Origin: Octopus sinensis
Lineage: Eukaryota
Assembly (NCBI RefSeq): GCF_006345805.1
Contig: NC_043004.1
Location: forward strand, 105,586,001 to 105,650,000
Reading direction: 5' to 3'
DNA: 64,000 bases
Shown piece by piece: positions 52,454 to 64,000 of this stretch. Below the pieces are notes generated by a model. The model had not been told where the DNA came from. It did not search any database and saw nothing but the letters and a program-made list of their open reading frames with translations. Both the position numbers and the translations under genes were made by a program. The first letter of the stretch is position 1; every line of letters starts with the position of its first letter.

Positions 52454-53889
52454 TATATACATAGTGAATTTTGAAAAATTTTAGGGAAAATAGTAAGAAA
52501 AATGAATTTTAACGCATATTTCTAAAAGGGAGTGTATTTGAGAAACATAACATATATAATTATTTACTTTTAAAATATTATGTTTATTGCTTGGATATAA
52601 TACTGAAGGCATGGGTGAAAATGTAGTTTATTTATCAAATATTTCTTTTCTTAAATTCTATTGTTATTGACTACTTATCTACTTCTCTCGCAATACAAAC
52701 ATAAACATATTAAGCAAGATTGGCAGAAAGGCAGACAAAACGTTTCATGATGCTTAGTTGCATTCTAATTTATTTTGAATTAGGTTCGTGCACTTATTTC
52801 CCTTTGCCTTCATTTTATTTTTTTGCTATATACTACCGATGTACAAATTTCTTCCAGATTCCCTTCCCTTCGTTCATTAGGCATGCACTTCTTGAGTTAA
52901 TAACATTCTTTTGGAAATCACATTGGACTATTACTACTACAATGGAAGATGTCTATGAAAACTTTCTCAGCACCAGCGTAGGAGTTATCTATAAAATTGG
53001 TCCTTCATAAAAGTCTATGATCTGGTCAGTTAAATTGTGGCCTAGTGGAATTTGTACTCAGGTATATGAAGCTTATGAATTCCATTTGGAAGGACAAAAT
53101 TTTAAAGTGAAAAATAATATTACATGATTTTCATAAAATTTATGTCATCATATGCTGTGAACGTGGTGAGTACTACATTAGCCAAAGAGTTATGCCTCTT
53201 CTAAAATGGATGTCAGTTCACTGACAACAAATGCGTGACCCAAACATTTGAAAAATTCTATTAAGTGAATTCAGTAGCCAAATTTTGTAGTATTCTCCTT
53301 ATATCAATGTGCAGAAAGTACAATAAAACAACAAAAATTAGCAAATAAACATTTTTATTGAAATATATTAATCAAGTTTATTGTTAATTCAAACATTCAA
53401 CACTTATTTGTTAAAATGTATTTGTTTTCTCTTTGAATGTTTAAAGTATATAATTTCATTTCCCATGATAACTACTGTGTTAATAGCAAATCTTGGTTCA
53501 TAAAATACGCCTCATCATCTCCCTTACATGTGTGTCTATAATGACACTATTTTCAGTCAATGACCTGTAGCATGTCTTAACAGAAGGCTAACAGTAGGAC
53601 ATTACACATGTACATTACAATGGCTATTACATGCGGAGTGAAATCAATATGTAATAATGTACTTTGGAATATATAACAATGTATTTTGAAAAATTTCATT
53701 GTAATAATGTATTCTGGAATAATTTAATTAATTACAAGATGAAAAGAATTGTGTATTTTCTTCTCATTATTTTCACCATATCTTGTGACTTTTGAGAGAT
53801 ACTTTTAACATTGATATATAATGCGTGTGTGTGTGTATGCATATATGTAATGTGTGTGTGTATGTATATATAATGTGTGTTTATATATA

Positions 53890-53940
<51 letters not shown>

Positions 53941-54141
53941 GTGTATGCATGTATGTATATTGAGAGAGTAAGAGAGACATTGATTGATAGATAAATAGAG
54001 AGCTATGCAAAGCAAGACATCCTAAAAATACAAATATATAAACTATAGTTCTTGGCTTCCTGTCAGAATGGACAAATACAGAATGAGACATGATTTTCCT
54101 ATAGCATAAGTTTTCTTCTTGATTTTTGATTTTTGGTTCAG

Positions 54142-54198
54142 ATCAAATTGTTGTAACAATCAAAATTTCACAGAAGACAAAGGAAGAAATGGGACTTG
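54142..54198 (+). CDS. Candidate 57-nt internal host exon, possibly the start of a PDZ domain
   Basis: Acceptor tttttgatttttggttcag| and donor G|gtatgt; symmetric phase 1-1; open frame (x)QIVVTIKISQKTKEEMGL(G..). This is a beta-strand followed by K-xxx-G-L-[G], and the flanks are non-repetitive. Confidence 0.5.
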
Positions 54199-54891
54199 GT
54201 ATGTCTTGAGTAGGTCACAGTAAAAGTGCACAGTCCACGTCAAATCTATGCGTGTGTATGAATATATGTAAAGTTATGAGGCTATCTCTCTCTCTTTCTC
54301 TCTCTCTCTCTCTATCTATCTATTTATCTGTCTATAAAACACACATATATGATACATGCATATATATAATATACACAGATACAGGCATAGGTGTGGCTGT
54401 GTGGTCAGAAATTTATTCTTTAACCACAGTTGGGGAACAAACTTCTGACCACACGCTCCCACTGCATGACACCTTTAGCAAGTGTTTCATCTAAGGCTGA
54501 CCAAAGCCTTGTGAGTGGATTTGGTAGACAGAAACTGAAAGAAGCTAATTATATATATGCATTGAGTCGAAACAGGGGCAGCTGATGAAGGGGTATATTC
54601 CTTGTATTGTTTGTCTTGTACTCAGTTTTTTTGTTGTTAAAAATGTCCGTTACCTTGTTTGATTTTATGTTTTCGTTTCTCGTTGCGTTCTACGTTTATT
54701 TGTAGTGTCCTGTACTCATATATGCATGTATATATACATATAGATGTAGGTATGTACATATATGTATGTATGTATGTATATGTTTTATTTATTAAATTGT
54801 TATTATATATATATATAAATTATTATAATTATAAACATAATTATAATTAGGGTTTAGCAAAATTGCTTCACCACATACCAAAATTTATTGC

Positions 54892-54925
<34 letters not shown>

Positions 54926-55281
54926 CATTATATATATATATATATATATATGTAACCTGTGTTGACCATAGAAAAAGTATCAGACTTTAAAAAAATGAAG
55001 TATTGAGTTAACCTGCTTAACTAAAATTCTTCAAGGAAATGTTCCAGCATGGCCACAGACAAATAACTGAAACAAATAAAAGATAAATAAAAGATATACA
55101 TATAAGTGTGTGTGTGTGTATAAAAAGCAGCCATTACTCTCTGTAAAGGGCATCCATTCATAGAAACTATGTCAAAGTGGACAGCAGAATTTGGCACAGG
55201 CCTCTGGCTTGCTAGCTTCTGTCCAACTGTCCAAATCATGGCAGTATGGAAAGTGGAAGTTAAATGATTTTGATGGTATAT

Positions 55282-55288
55282 ATACATC

Positions 55289-55319
<31 letters not shown>

Positions 55320-55436
55320 TGTATGTATGTATGTATGTATGTATGTATGTATGTACGTATGTATGTATGTATGTATGTATGTACGTATGTATGTATGTGT
55401 GTATGTATGTATGTATGTATGTATGTATGTATGTAT
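55282..55436. repeat. (TATG)n microsatellite
   Basis: Direct inspection. Confidence 0.95.
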
Positions 55437-55477
55437 ATTGTTATACTTGAGGATGGTCATTTTTCTTTTTTGCCATA

Positions 55478-55828
55478 GCAGCAGAAGCAACTTCACATTC
55501 AAATCACTCAGGACATTCTAGACTGTGCAAACCACAACCCAAACTTCATGTGCCGACCATCATCATTGGTGATGAGGGATGGGTTTGTGGTCTTGGCTTG
55601 ATCTACTCAGTCATCTTGCATGGAAATGAAAATCCACTGAGCATGCACTGTACATCTGAACACTTGGCCTAACAACCAGGAACTGGTGAGGTCTACCAGC
55701 ACGAGAATTTTCAGGCATGTGCAGGAAGAGGGGCGTTACATTCCACCTAAAGGATTTTGTCTGTATGGTTGTTAGTTTTGGTGGGAAAAAACTGAAGCTG
55801 GGGATACTTTTTGAATGCTCCTTGTATA
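55478..55828 (+). mobile_element. mariner remnant (transposase piece plus right TIR)
   Basis: QQKQLHIQITQDILDCANHNPNFM / TIIIGDEGWV resembles ...LDCAN.DP.F..TIITGDETWV. The right end is ...TACTTTTTGAATGCTCCTTGTATA. Confidence 0.7.
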
Positions 55829-56969
55829 AGTGCTGGTATGGCTGTGTGATAAGAAATATATATATATATATATTTCTCTGAGGGGTTGCGTGTGTGTGTG
55901 TGTATGTATGTGTGTGCATGTGTGTGTGTGTATGTGTGTGCGTGTGTGTGTGTATGAATGTATGAAACAAATTTTCTACTTCCAGGCATGTGCATGATGT
56001 CTATGTGTGTGAATATGAGTATGTGTACACGTGTACATGTGTTTGTGAGTGACTGTTTCTGTGTGTGTGTGTTTGTTTACATCTGTCTTTACATCAACAC
56101 CACATAAAAATTGATGTTCTTTATGTCCCACAACTTAAAAGTTTGTCAAATAAAGTTTGATGAAACGAGTACCAAACTTAAAAACCAAGAGCTGGGGTGT
56201 GATATAATTGATTAAACCTTCCAGCACTGTGCTCCAGTACAGCTCTAATCTAATGACTGAAACAATTAAAGCAATTAAAGTAAGTGTCAATTTAGATAAT
56301 GGATGATGTGCACAAGATTAGAAAATGGTGTGCTTACAAAACGTATTAGTTTCATAAACATGCAAACGATTCATAATATGTAGGAAAATAAATAGACTGC
56401 AACATAAATTTTAAAGTCAATTATATGCATAATGAACCTCGGATTTAGTGCATTAGACTTCTAAAAACACGAGTTAAAAGCATCATTACTTTTATGAAAC
56501 AAGGTAACTAAATAAACAAATCTTCTCTTCATCAATGAGTGAGAATTGGAGTAAAAAATACAGCTAAATTTTCTTCTCTGAGTCTATTAATTATTAGGTG
56601 TAAATTGGTTTTCATACAGAAATATTAAAATGTTCTTCACAAAGTAAAGCGTGTTAGGCAGGGGAGATAGGACATAATGTTGGCTTCTACAATAGATATT
56701 TGGTAGATATAATACTGAGCATCAGATCACTCCAACTTTGAAACTTATATCTCACGGTAATAAACATTTTTAATGAAAATATGTGGAAAATTGCCATCCA
56801 ACATAAACAAAGTACACAACCACAAAAAATGCTCAAGGTGCTCTTTACAGATAAAAGACGTCTCGGGTTGAGAAATACAATTCAACTTGACACTCAGATC
56901 AGTTTATGAAATGAGTAAAGTGCACAACATTGGAATATGGTGCTATTACAAAATGCACTGGTTATACAC

Positions 56970-57008
<39 letters not shown>

Positions 57009-57180
57009 CATACACACACACACACATGCACACACAGATATACATCAAACTTTTACAAAAGGAGAGGTGACAGTGGCTTCAGAATTTTGGCCTGCTTTGT
57101 CAGACTATGAATGCTATCAGCCTGACAAAGGCTTAGCAGTCTGAAACTTCAAAATCACCCCACATCTTGTAAATGTTTAA

Positions 57181-57399
57181 CCCTTGAGTGTTCAGATTAC
57201 TCTGTTAAATGTAATACTTTTCCAGTCAAATTGTTTCAAATTAATCATCAAATTAATATAGCTTTGAGGTTTCAATAATATGACTATTTATATTCAGAAT
57301 GACATTGTCGGGTAGGTGTGAGAGGCTAGATATTGCCAGTTTGAATATAAAACATGTAGAATATCTGGGCCAGATATGGCCGGTTTAAACACTAAAGGG
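57181..57399. mobile_element. piggyBac-type MITE
   Basis: TTAA at 57177-57180 and 57400-57403, with CCCTT...AAGGG ends. Homologous to 8706-8916. Confidence 0.78.
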
Positions 57400-57785
57400 T
57401 TAATTAAACATTTACTCTACTCTCTACTAAAAGATACTGAGTAAATTCTTCAGTTTAACGTTAAAACGTTTATATATATATATATATATAAATAGATGAG
57501 TGTATTTTTACCTTGTTAACAATTAACACGGAAAAAAAAAAAAATAGTTACCAGGGCAGCAAAAATCTCACAAGTAAAGGTGTTGTAACTCCTTGTTTAT
57601 AAAGGTAGAAACTTCGTGTTTACGTTGAATATTTTGAATAATAAATAAATGGAGTTTAACGCAGGTGTAATCAAATATTTTTACTTTTGACACATGTTTC
57701 GAAAATTCCACTGATACTATTCAAAAGAATAAATGGTATAAACAATGCAATCTTCTCCTGTATGTATACATATATATATATACAT

Positions 57786-57843
<58 letters not shown>

Positions 57844-57910
57844 TTATATGTATACATATGTATATATATACATATACATACATATATATATATATACATA
57901 TACATACATA

Positions 57911-58012
<102 letters not shown>

Positions 58013-58109
58013 TCCTTGCCTGGACTTGTGCCTTGGAGGGTAACTTTCTAGGTGCAACCCTAAGGTCATTTATGACCGAAGCGGGTCCTTAGCCTTTACC
58101 ATTGTATAT

Positions 58110-58690
58110 TATTATCGTCACCACTGTTTGATGTCTATTTTCCATGATGGCATGGGTTGGACAGTTTGACAGGAGCTGCCCAGGCTCCAATTGTCTGTTG
58201 TGGAATAGTTTCTACAGCTGGAGGCCCTTCCTCAACCACTTTATAAAGTCTGCTGGGGGCCTTTCATGTGCCACTGGCATGGGTGTGTTTATGTAGCACC
58301 AACAGAAGTGCATTTTATGGGGTGCTGGCACCTGTAAAGGACAATCATGTATGTGTGGAAGACTGTGATTTTACTTTGCTTGACACATCTTCTCAAGTAC
58401 AGTAAATCACCACAACTCTCAGTCAATTGTCATTTCCTCAGTGAAGCCCAGTGTCTGAAGATCTTTCTCGCCATTTCGTCCCATGTCTTCTTGGGTCTAT
58501 TCCTTCCACATGTGCCCTCCACAATTAGAGCTTGGCACTTCTTTATACAGCTGTCCTCATCCAAACACATCACACAATCAAACCAGTGCCCTCTTCTCTC
58601 TTGCACACAACATTTGATGCCCCTTACATCCAGTTTTCCCCTTAAATCATTTAGACCCCATCGTGTGTGCACACAGTGTCAATGAGTTAA
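58110..58690 (-). mobile_element. RTE LINE 3' fragment (ORF end plus UTR)
   Basis: LRGKLDVRGIKCCVQERR.HW...DEDSCIKKCQALIVEGTCGRNRPKKTWDE is homologous to the end of the 27305-28201 ORF. Confidence 0.8.
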
Positions 58691-59002
58691 GAGTAGAACT
58701 GGGTATATGTTGATATCAAACAGTAAGACTGAGTGCTCAGCTTTGCATTGGTCGGCCGATAATTAATTGGAAGTTGTTCTCCTTCGTTTGTATTTTTTTG
58801 TTTATTCCCAAATCTTGCATGAGATCATTGTATTTACATCCAAGATGGAGACAAATACCATTGTTCCATGTGGAAGGCCAGACTATTGTTCTTTCAACAT
58901 GAAACCAATGGTAGTTATGTTAATCCACAAATAATATTATATATTAGATAGATCGTTAGCCACTAAACACATTTTTTTTCTCTCTTTGTTTTTTCTGTGT
59001 AC

Positions 59003-59038
59003 CTTTCTGTAGAAGAGCGTAGGCTCGAAATGTAAAAG
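59003..59038 (+). ncRNA. Minimal hammerhead-like motif (A6U variant) in a short repeat
   Basis: CTTT-CTGTAGA-A-GAGC-GTAG-GCTC-GAAA-TG-T-A-AAAG. Stems I and II are both perfect 4 bp; GUA triplet. Confidence 0.62.
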
Positions 59039-59125
59039 ACTTTTTCTATTCCTGAGCATTATACTAATACATCTGTTTGTTTTGTACACCACCTGTCTTT
59101 GTCTCTTGTTTTTTTCGTAAACTTT

Positions 59126-59177
<52 letters not shown>

Positions 59178-60004
59178 GTATGTATATATGATGGTGATGA
59201 ATTCTCCTTTCTAGAAGGACATGAATACTTCATAATTGTTGCCAAAATACAATCTCAGACTAGGAACTTCTAGCATCATACTTTGACTGCTTCACTAGTC
59301 TTGATTTCATTGTCACAAAGTGCTGACAGGAAACACAAAAAGAATTTTGTTGCTGAACAATCTTCATAAAGAATTTACTTTAAGCAGAGTAAATTTGTAC
59401 TGAGCCTATTTCATTCACTTTCTTAATTGTTTATCCTAAACTGGTGTACACTTTGCTGCATGCTAGACACAAAAGGACACATACTCAGGAATGGAGGACT
59501 GCAATGCCCAAATAATTTGATGCTGATCTCCCATAACATTGCTGTTAATATTATGCCATATGTGAAGTTCCTCTTGTCAAAGTTAGTCTAATAATACTAA
59601 ACATATGCCTAAGTAGATCACGTATAGAAATCAGGATACGTGAAATAACTTAGGTGACTATGATGAAACACATTAAACCCCCTACTGCTGTGGTTGAGAC
59701 TTTTCATCATATTTAATCCCGTTTGCTAGCATAAGCTATAAGATAAAACTTCTTTTGAAGTACACTTCTGGAAGTTTTCCAAGGTAATACTCATCTAACC
59801 TAACTATTGCTAATAGCATCCATATCATCATCATTATCATCATCATCATGCTTTTCCATGCTAAATGATGCACCCACTTTAAATCTAAGATATACACACA
59901 TGCATATGCACTGTATAATTGTATGTGAGTGTATATGCATATATACATATATATGTGTATATAAACTTTTGGTTATATTTGTTTGAACATTCAAGCTAAA
60001 AATT

Positions 60005-60335
60005 GGATTTTACCAAATAATTTTACAATTTCTATATCTACATTTAGAAGCTAAAAACATGGGAATGTATTCTATTCTATCTGAAAATCCTTCGTGATTA
60101 CATACTTTGCTGTAGAATTGTAAAGCTTTTGTGAAAACTGCTATACATGAAGATAATGGTGATATATGTCTACTAATAGTGAAGATTAAATTATGGAGAA
60201 TATTTGGTGGATGATTAGAAGCCTTATTAATATAAAATAATCTTTCATTAGGTTTATGATAAGGAAAAAATTTATTTGTCTCTAAATCAAATGTCACATC
60301 TAGAAAATTAACGTTTACAAGGTTACATGCCACAG
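60005..60335 (-). mobile_element. Penelope-like RT C-terminal/thumb fragment
   Basis: VNFLDVTFDLETNKFFPYHKPNERLFYINKASNHPPNILHNL...ISPLSS...VF...GF...KIIW. Confidence 0.85.
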
Positions 60336-60995
60336 CAATTTCTAAATCTAATTCACATACAATTTTCTAACTCTATCTATGTTATATAATTTATATTTCA
60401 CAAGGGAAATAATCTGTTATCACAATAAATTCTTCCATTCAGTAGTGGGAACCTTTATACAATAAAATTAAAGCATAATAAAACATTGATTTCACACACT
60501 TTTGCCCCGACAAATGTATCCATAACAACATCAAACAAATTCATTGCCTTCTTAGTTACATTTCTGAGAAAAGAGTGATTTCTTAACCTGTAGTATAATA
60601 TTAATATCTGAATCACTAATAATTGGCAAAGATAAAAGCATGTAGCAGAAGTGAAATAATGATTTAGAGATAAAAATCCACACTATCAAACTGGAAAAAT
60701 CTACAGCTTATTTTTTCTCTCATAGACATTACAAAATCATTCAGTGACTGATAAACTAGTATTCCATAACTGAACTGAACTACTTTTTCAAATATAAAAA
60801 TAATAGGATCAAAGATTTTTTTACTAATTGTGCCTATTTCTGCTTTTGCGAAGTTGGTTAACCTAAATTAGTAAAATTATTCTTATGATCCTTAAGTGTG
60901 ATATGAGGTGGACAAGAGCACAGACATAAAACTCAAGAGTCAGCACCAGTTTAGAAGTAGTCATCCAGAAATATTGTCATGAATATACACATGCC

Positions 60996-61038
<43 letters not shown>

Positions 61039-61062
61039 ACACATACACACACACACACACAC

Positions 61063-61092
<30 letters not shown>

Positions 61093-61093
<1 letters not shown>

Positions 61094-61297
61094 GTTAATC
61101 CAAACATGAAAGCACAAAAAAACACAACAACGCAAGGACGTGGAACAAATATAGTATTATTGGATGCTCAGGAAAGAAGGAAAGAAGGAGGGTTTAACGT
61201 TTTGAGTGGAGCTCTTCGTCAGAAAGATAAGAGAAGGAAAGATCCAGAGAAGGGAAGACAGAGGAAAAAAATCGCCAATGGTACACACGCGGTCACA
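61093..61297 (-). mobile_element. About 205-bp non-coding repeat carrying a minimal hammerhead-like motif (61192-61226)
   Basis: Minus strand: CTTT-CTGACGA-A-GAG-CTCCA-CTC-AAAA-CG-T-T-AAAC. Homolog of 36516-36723. Confidence 0.7.
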
Positions 61298-61335
61298 TTT
61301 TGAATGATATATATATATAATAATATATATATGCA

Positions 61336-61739
61336 CTCTTTACTCTTTTACTTGTTTCAGTCATTTGACTGTGGTCATACTGGAACACCACCTTTAGTCA
61401 AGGAAATCAACCCCAGGACTTATTCTTTGTAAGCCTAGTACTTATTGTATCAGTCTCTTTTGCTGAACCACTAAACACACCATAAACACACCAGCATCGG
61501 TTGTCAAGCGATTTGGGGGGGGGGACAAACACAGACGTACAAACACACACACATATATATATACATATACATATATATGACAGGCTTCTTTCAGTTTCCG
61601 TCTACCAAATCCACTCACAAGGCTTTGGTCAGCCCAAGGCTATAGTAGAGGACACTTGCCCAAGGTGCGACAGAGTGGGACTGAACCTGGAACCATATGT
61701 TTGGTAAGCAAACTACTTACCACACAACCACTCCTACAC
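61336..61739 (-). mobile_element. tRNA-head SINE (family B)
   Basis: Reverse-complement match to 26568-26949. Confidence 0.85.
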
Positions 61740-63127
61740 TTACATATATATACTACTGTGGTTTAGATTCAAGCCTACTGCAGACATCTTTGCTAAATGT
61801 CTTCTACTATGTATGTATGTATGTATGTATGTATGTATGTATGTATGTACATACGTATGTATGGTTGTGTCTGTGCATATATTAACACTGTAAGTGAACA
61901 TCATTGTCAAACAAGCCATTGTTTTCGTTGTTGTCTTTTATGTTTGCCATATAGCCATTCGACAAATAGAGATCAATAAAATAAGTGAGGCAACTGACTG
62001 AAATTCTCCAAGACAGAACCTAAGAATGGCCATGAAAAACAATAAACTCTGCACAGGCAGTTTTTACAATGGAAATCCTACAATAATCTTCCATTTTGTT
62101 TTTTTCCAAAGACATTGTTCTCATTCCAGTTAAATCATTTATTAAAGAACAAAAATAGCAAATTTATGTTTATTCATAACCCAAATATAATAACAAGTGC
62201 TTCAAACGCAATTATCTCGTAATATTTTAATCCTTTCTTTCATACTGTCAACAAGCTATTTTAATAATACAATCTTTAATTTATACCAAACTCTCAATGT
62301 AGAATTGTCATACGTGTAAATTGTTTGCTATCAAAAGTTCTTGGAATTTAGATTTTAATTGATCACTTGCCATAAATCCTCAATAAGGTTCAACAGGGTA
62401 TTAAATTAATGACCTCAGAGAAAATTTGGTCAAATAAGCCAGAGTAATTTCATCGTCATTGCTGTTGTTGTCATCATCTTCATTGTCAGCATCCTCATCA
62501 TTGCCATCATCGTCATCATCACCATCATATAATGTTCACTTTTCCATGCTTGTCTGGGTCAGATGGAAGTTATTGAAACAAATTCTCTATAGCTGGATGC
62601 TCTTTCCATCACCAACCCTTATCTGTTTTTAACCAAGGTAATAATTCCCCGTGGCTATACATGTTTTTTTTTTTATGGAAGACTGCTTGAATGACAATAA
62701 TGCTCATTTGCAACCATCACACGATGTCTAGACAAGAGTATGTATAATCTCTCTCTCTCTCAACCCCCACACCCCCACATACACATACACACACACAATC
62801 CATACATACATATATAAATAAGTTGCATAAAATGTAGATTCAAAGAAACATGTGGCTATCACAGTAAGCTCCTTTTATGGATTTGGCAATCAGCCCACAT
62901 AGTAATCAATTACCAAAAAATGTAGTGTAGAGTATCCATGTAAGTGAAAATTTACAAGATCCAATCGATGAAGTTATTTCATGAGGAGTATATAAAAGCA
63001 TAATGTCAGAAGGCATTAAAGGTGTAAGGAGTGAAATGTTTGGTGCCTTGCCATACTCAAGGAAACTCATACTCCACAGCAGAAGTGTTAAGACCGATCC
63101 TTCTGGTGGTGCAAAGCACTCATGATA

Positions 63128-63365
63128 GTGTCACATAAAAACACCCATGTAGTGCCTTATAAAAGTGTCCATGCGGTGCCATGGGAAAGCGCACATGTGG
63201 TGTCACATAAATGTGCCTGTGCAGTGTCACATAAATGTACCTATGCAGGGCCATGTAAAAGAGCCTGTGTGGCACACGTAAACACCCATGCAGTGCCACA
63301 TAAAAGCACCTGTGCAGTGTCACATGAAAGGCCCATGCAGTGCTATGTAAAAGCAACCAGCACAC
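63128..63365 (+). repeat. Degenerate 24-bp minisatellite (about 10 units) inside an RTE-family 3' UTR copy that ends in (GAT)n near 63525
   Basis: Units such as GTGTCACATAAATGTGCCTGTGCA and GTGCCACATAAAAGCACCTGTGCA. The downstream sequence matches the RTE tail family. Confidence 0.8.
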
Positions 63366-63804
63366 TCTGTAGAGTGGTTGGCATTAGGAAGGGCATCCAT
63401 CCATTGGAACCATGCCAAATTAGACTGAGTCTGGTGTAGTTTCCCAGCTTGCCTGCTCTGGTCTTACTGTTCAGCCCATGCCAGCATGGGCAATGGACAT
63501 TGAATGATGATGATGATGAGGATGATTTCCATATGATTACAGCTGTTTCGCAGCCTTATTCATGTAGTATTAATTTCAGTATGGAAGAAATTATGCATAC
63601 ATGTTTGTATTAATATGTATGCTTGGCATTATACAATACAATTCTATGCTTTACATTATCGAGCGATTACTGTTTCAATCTCATTCTGAGATTTAATTAT
63701 GCTTACTGTTCGTTTTTCGACATCAGTGGCAGACGCCATTAGAAAAACTTATATATGATTTGCAAAGAAGCCTTCACTTTCATCGCTACCTGGTGGTTAC
63801 CGCC

Positions 63805-63838
63805 CGTTGACGAGGGACAAAATCCCGAAACTAGTTCG
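63805..63838 (+). ncRNA. Minimal hammerhead-like motif (C3U variant) with palindromic stem III
   Basis: CG-TTGACGA-GGGA-CAAAA-TCCC-GAAA-CTAG-T-T-CG. Stem II is a perfect 4 bp, stem III is the palindrome ACTAGT, the triplet is GUU, and stem I is only 2 bp. Confidence 0.6.
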
Positions 63839-64000
63839 TATCACTCAGGCTTGCGAGGAAGGGATGGCCTCCCTTTGCAAATACTCCAAGGACACTGATA
63901 TTGTGTCTAAAGCCAGCTTGAGACGAAGATACAGTAACACTCCCTCCCCAATGTGGTTAGCCATGATAAGATGGCTTCTATACTTTACATGTATTATTTT

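Noticed and set aside
52858-53060. Good plus-strand acceptor followed by ...MEDVYENFLSTS...
   Set aside because: All frames hit stops before the nearest good donor; it could be UTR or a decayed transposon.
55479-55570. Strong acceptor and open frame downstream of the candidate PDZ exon
   Set aside because: Another frame matches mariner transposase and the segment leads into a mariner TIR.
63128-63365. Regularly spaced ~24-bp repeats as a CRISPR array
   Set aside because: The units are contiguous and degenerate with no unique spacers, lie inside a LINE UTR in animal DNA, and there are no cas genes.

Overview
AT-rich, microsatellite-saturated animal DNA. The repeat families look like an octopus (coleoid cephalopod) genome; this is my recognition, not a database result. 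The window reads as intronic or intergenic sequence filled with transposons. The largest feature is a terminus-to-terminus 6.1-kb Helitron on the minus strand (45684-51813) whose Rep/Pif1-helicase ORF is disrupted. Other elements are four Penelope-like (RT-thumb/GIY-YIG) fragments, RTE and R4/Dong-type LINE pieces, a tandemly duplicated solo LTR, mariner/hAT/piggyBac-type MITEs, and at least four families of tRNA-head SINEs. Only one host exon candidate is reasonably supported: a 57-nt phase1-phase1 exon at 54142-54198 (+), which may encode the start of a PDZ domain. The most notable hidden layer is a set of minimal type-I hammerhead ribozyme motifs. One has an intact core and lies in the 3' region of a Penelope-like element (1250-1331, minus strand). 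Several others sit in short non-coding repeats, with covarying stems and non-canonical cores. There are also long intramolecular inverted repeats that could form dsRNA. I found no rRNA, true tRNA or CRISPR array. Most ORFs in the supplied track are microsatellite artefacts.
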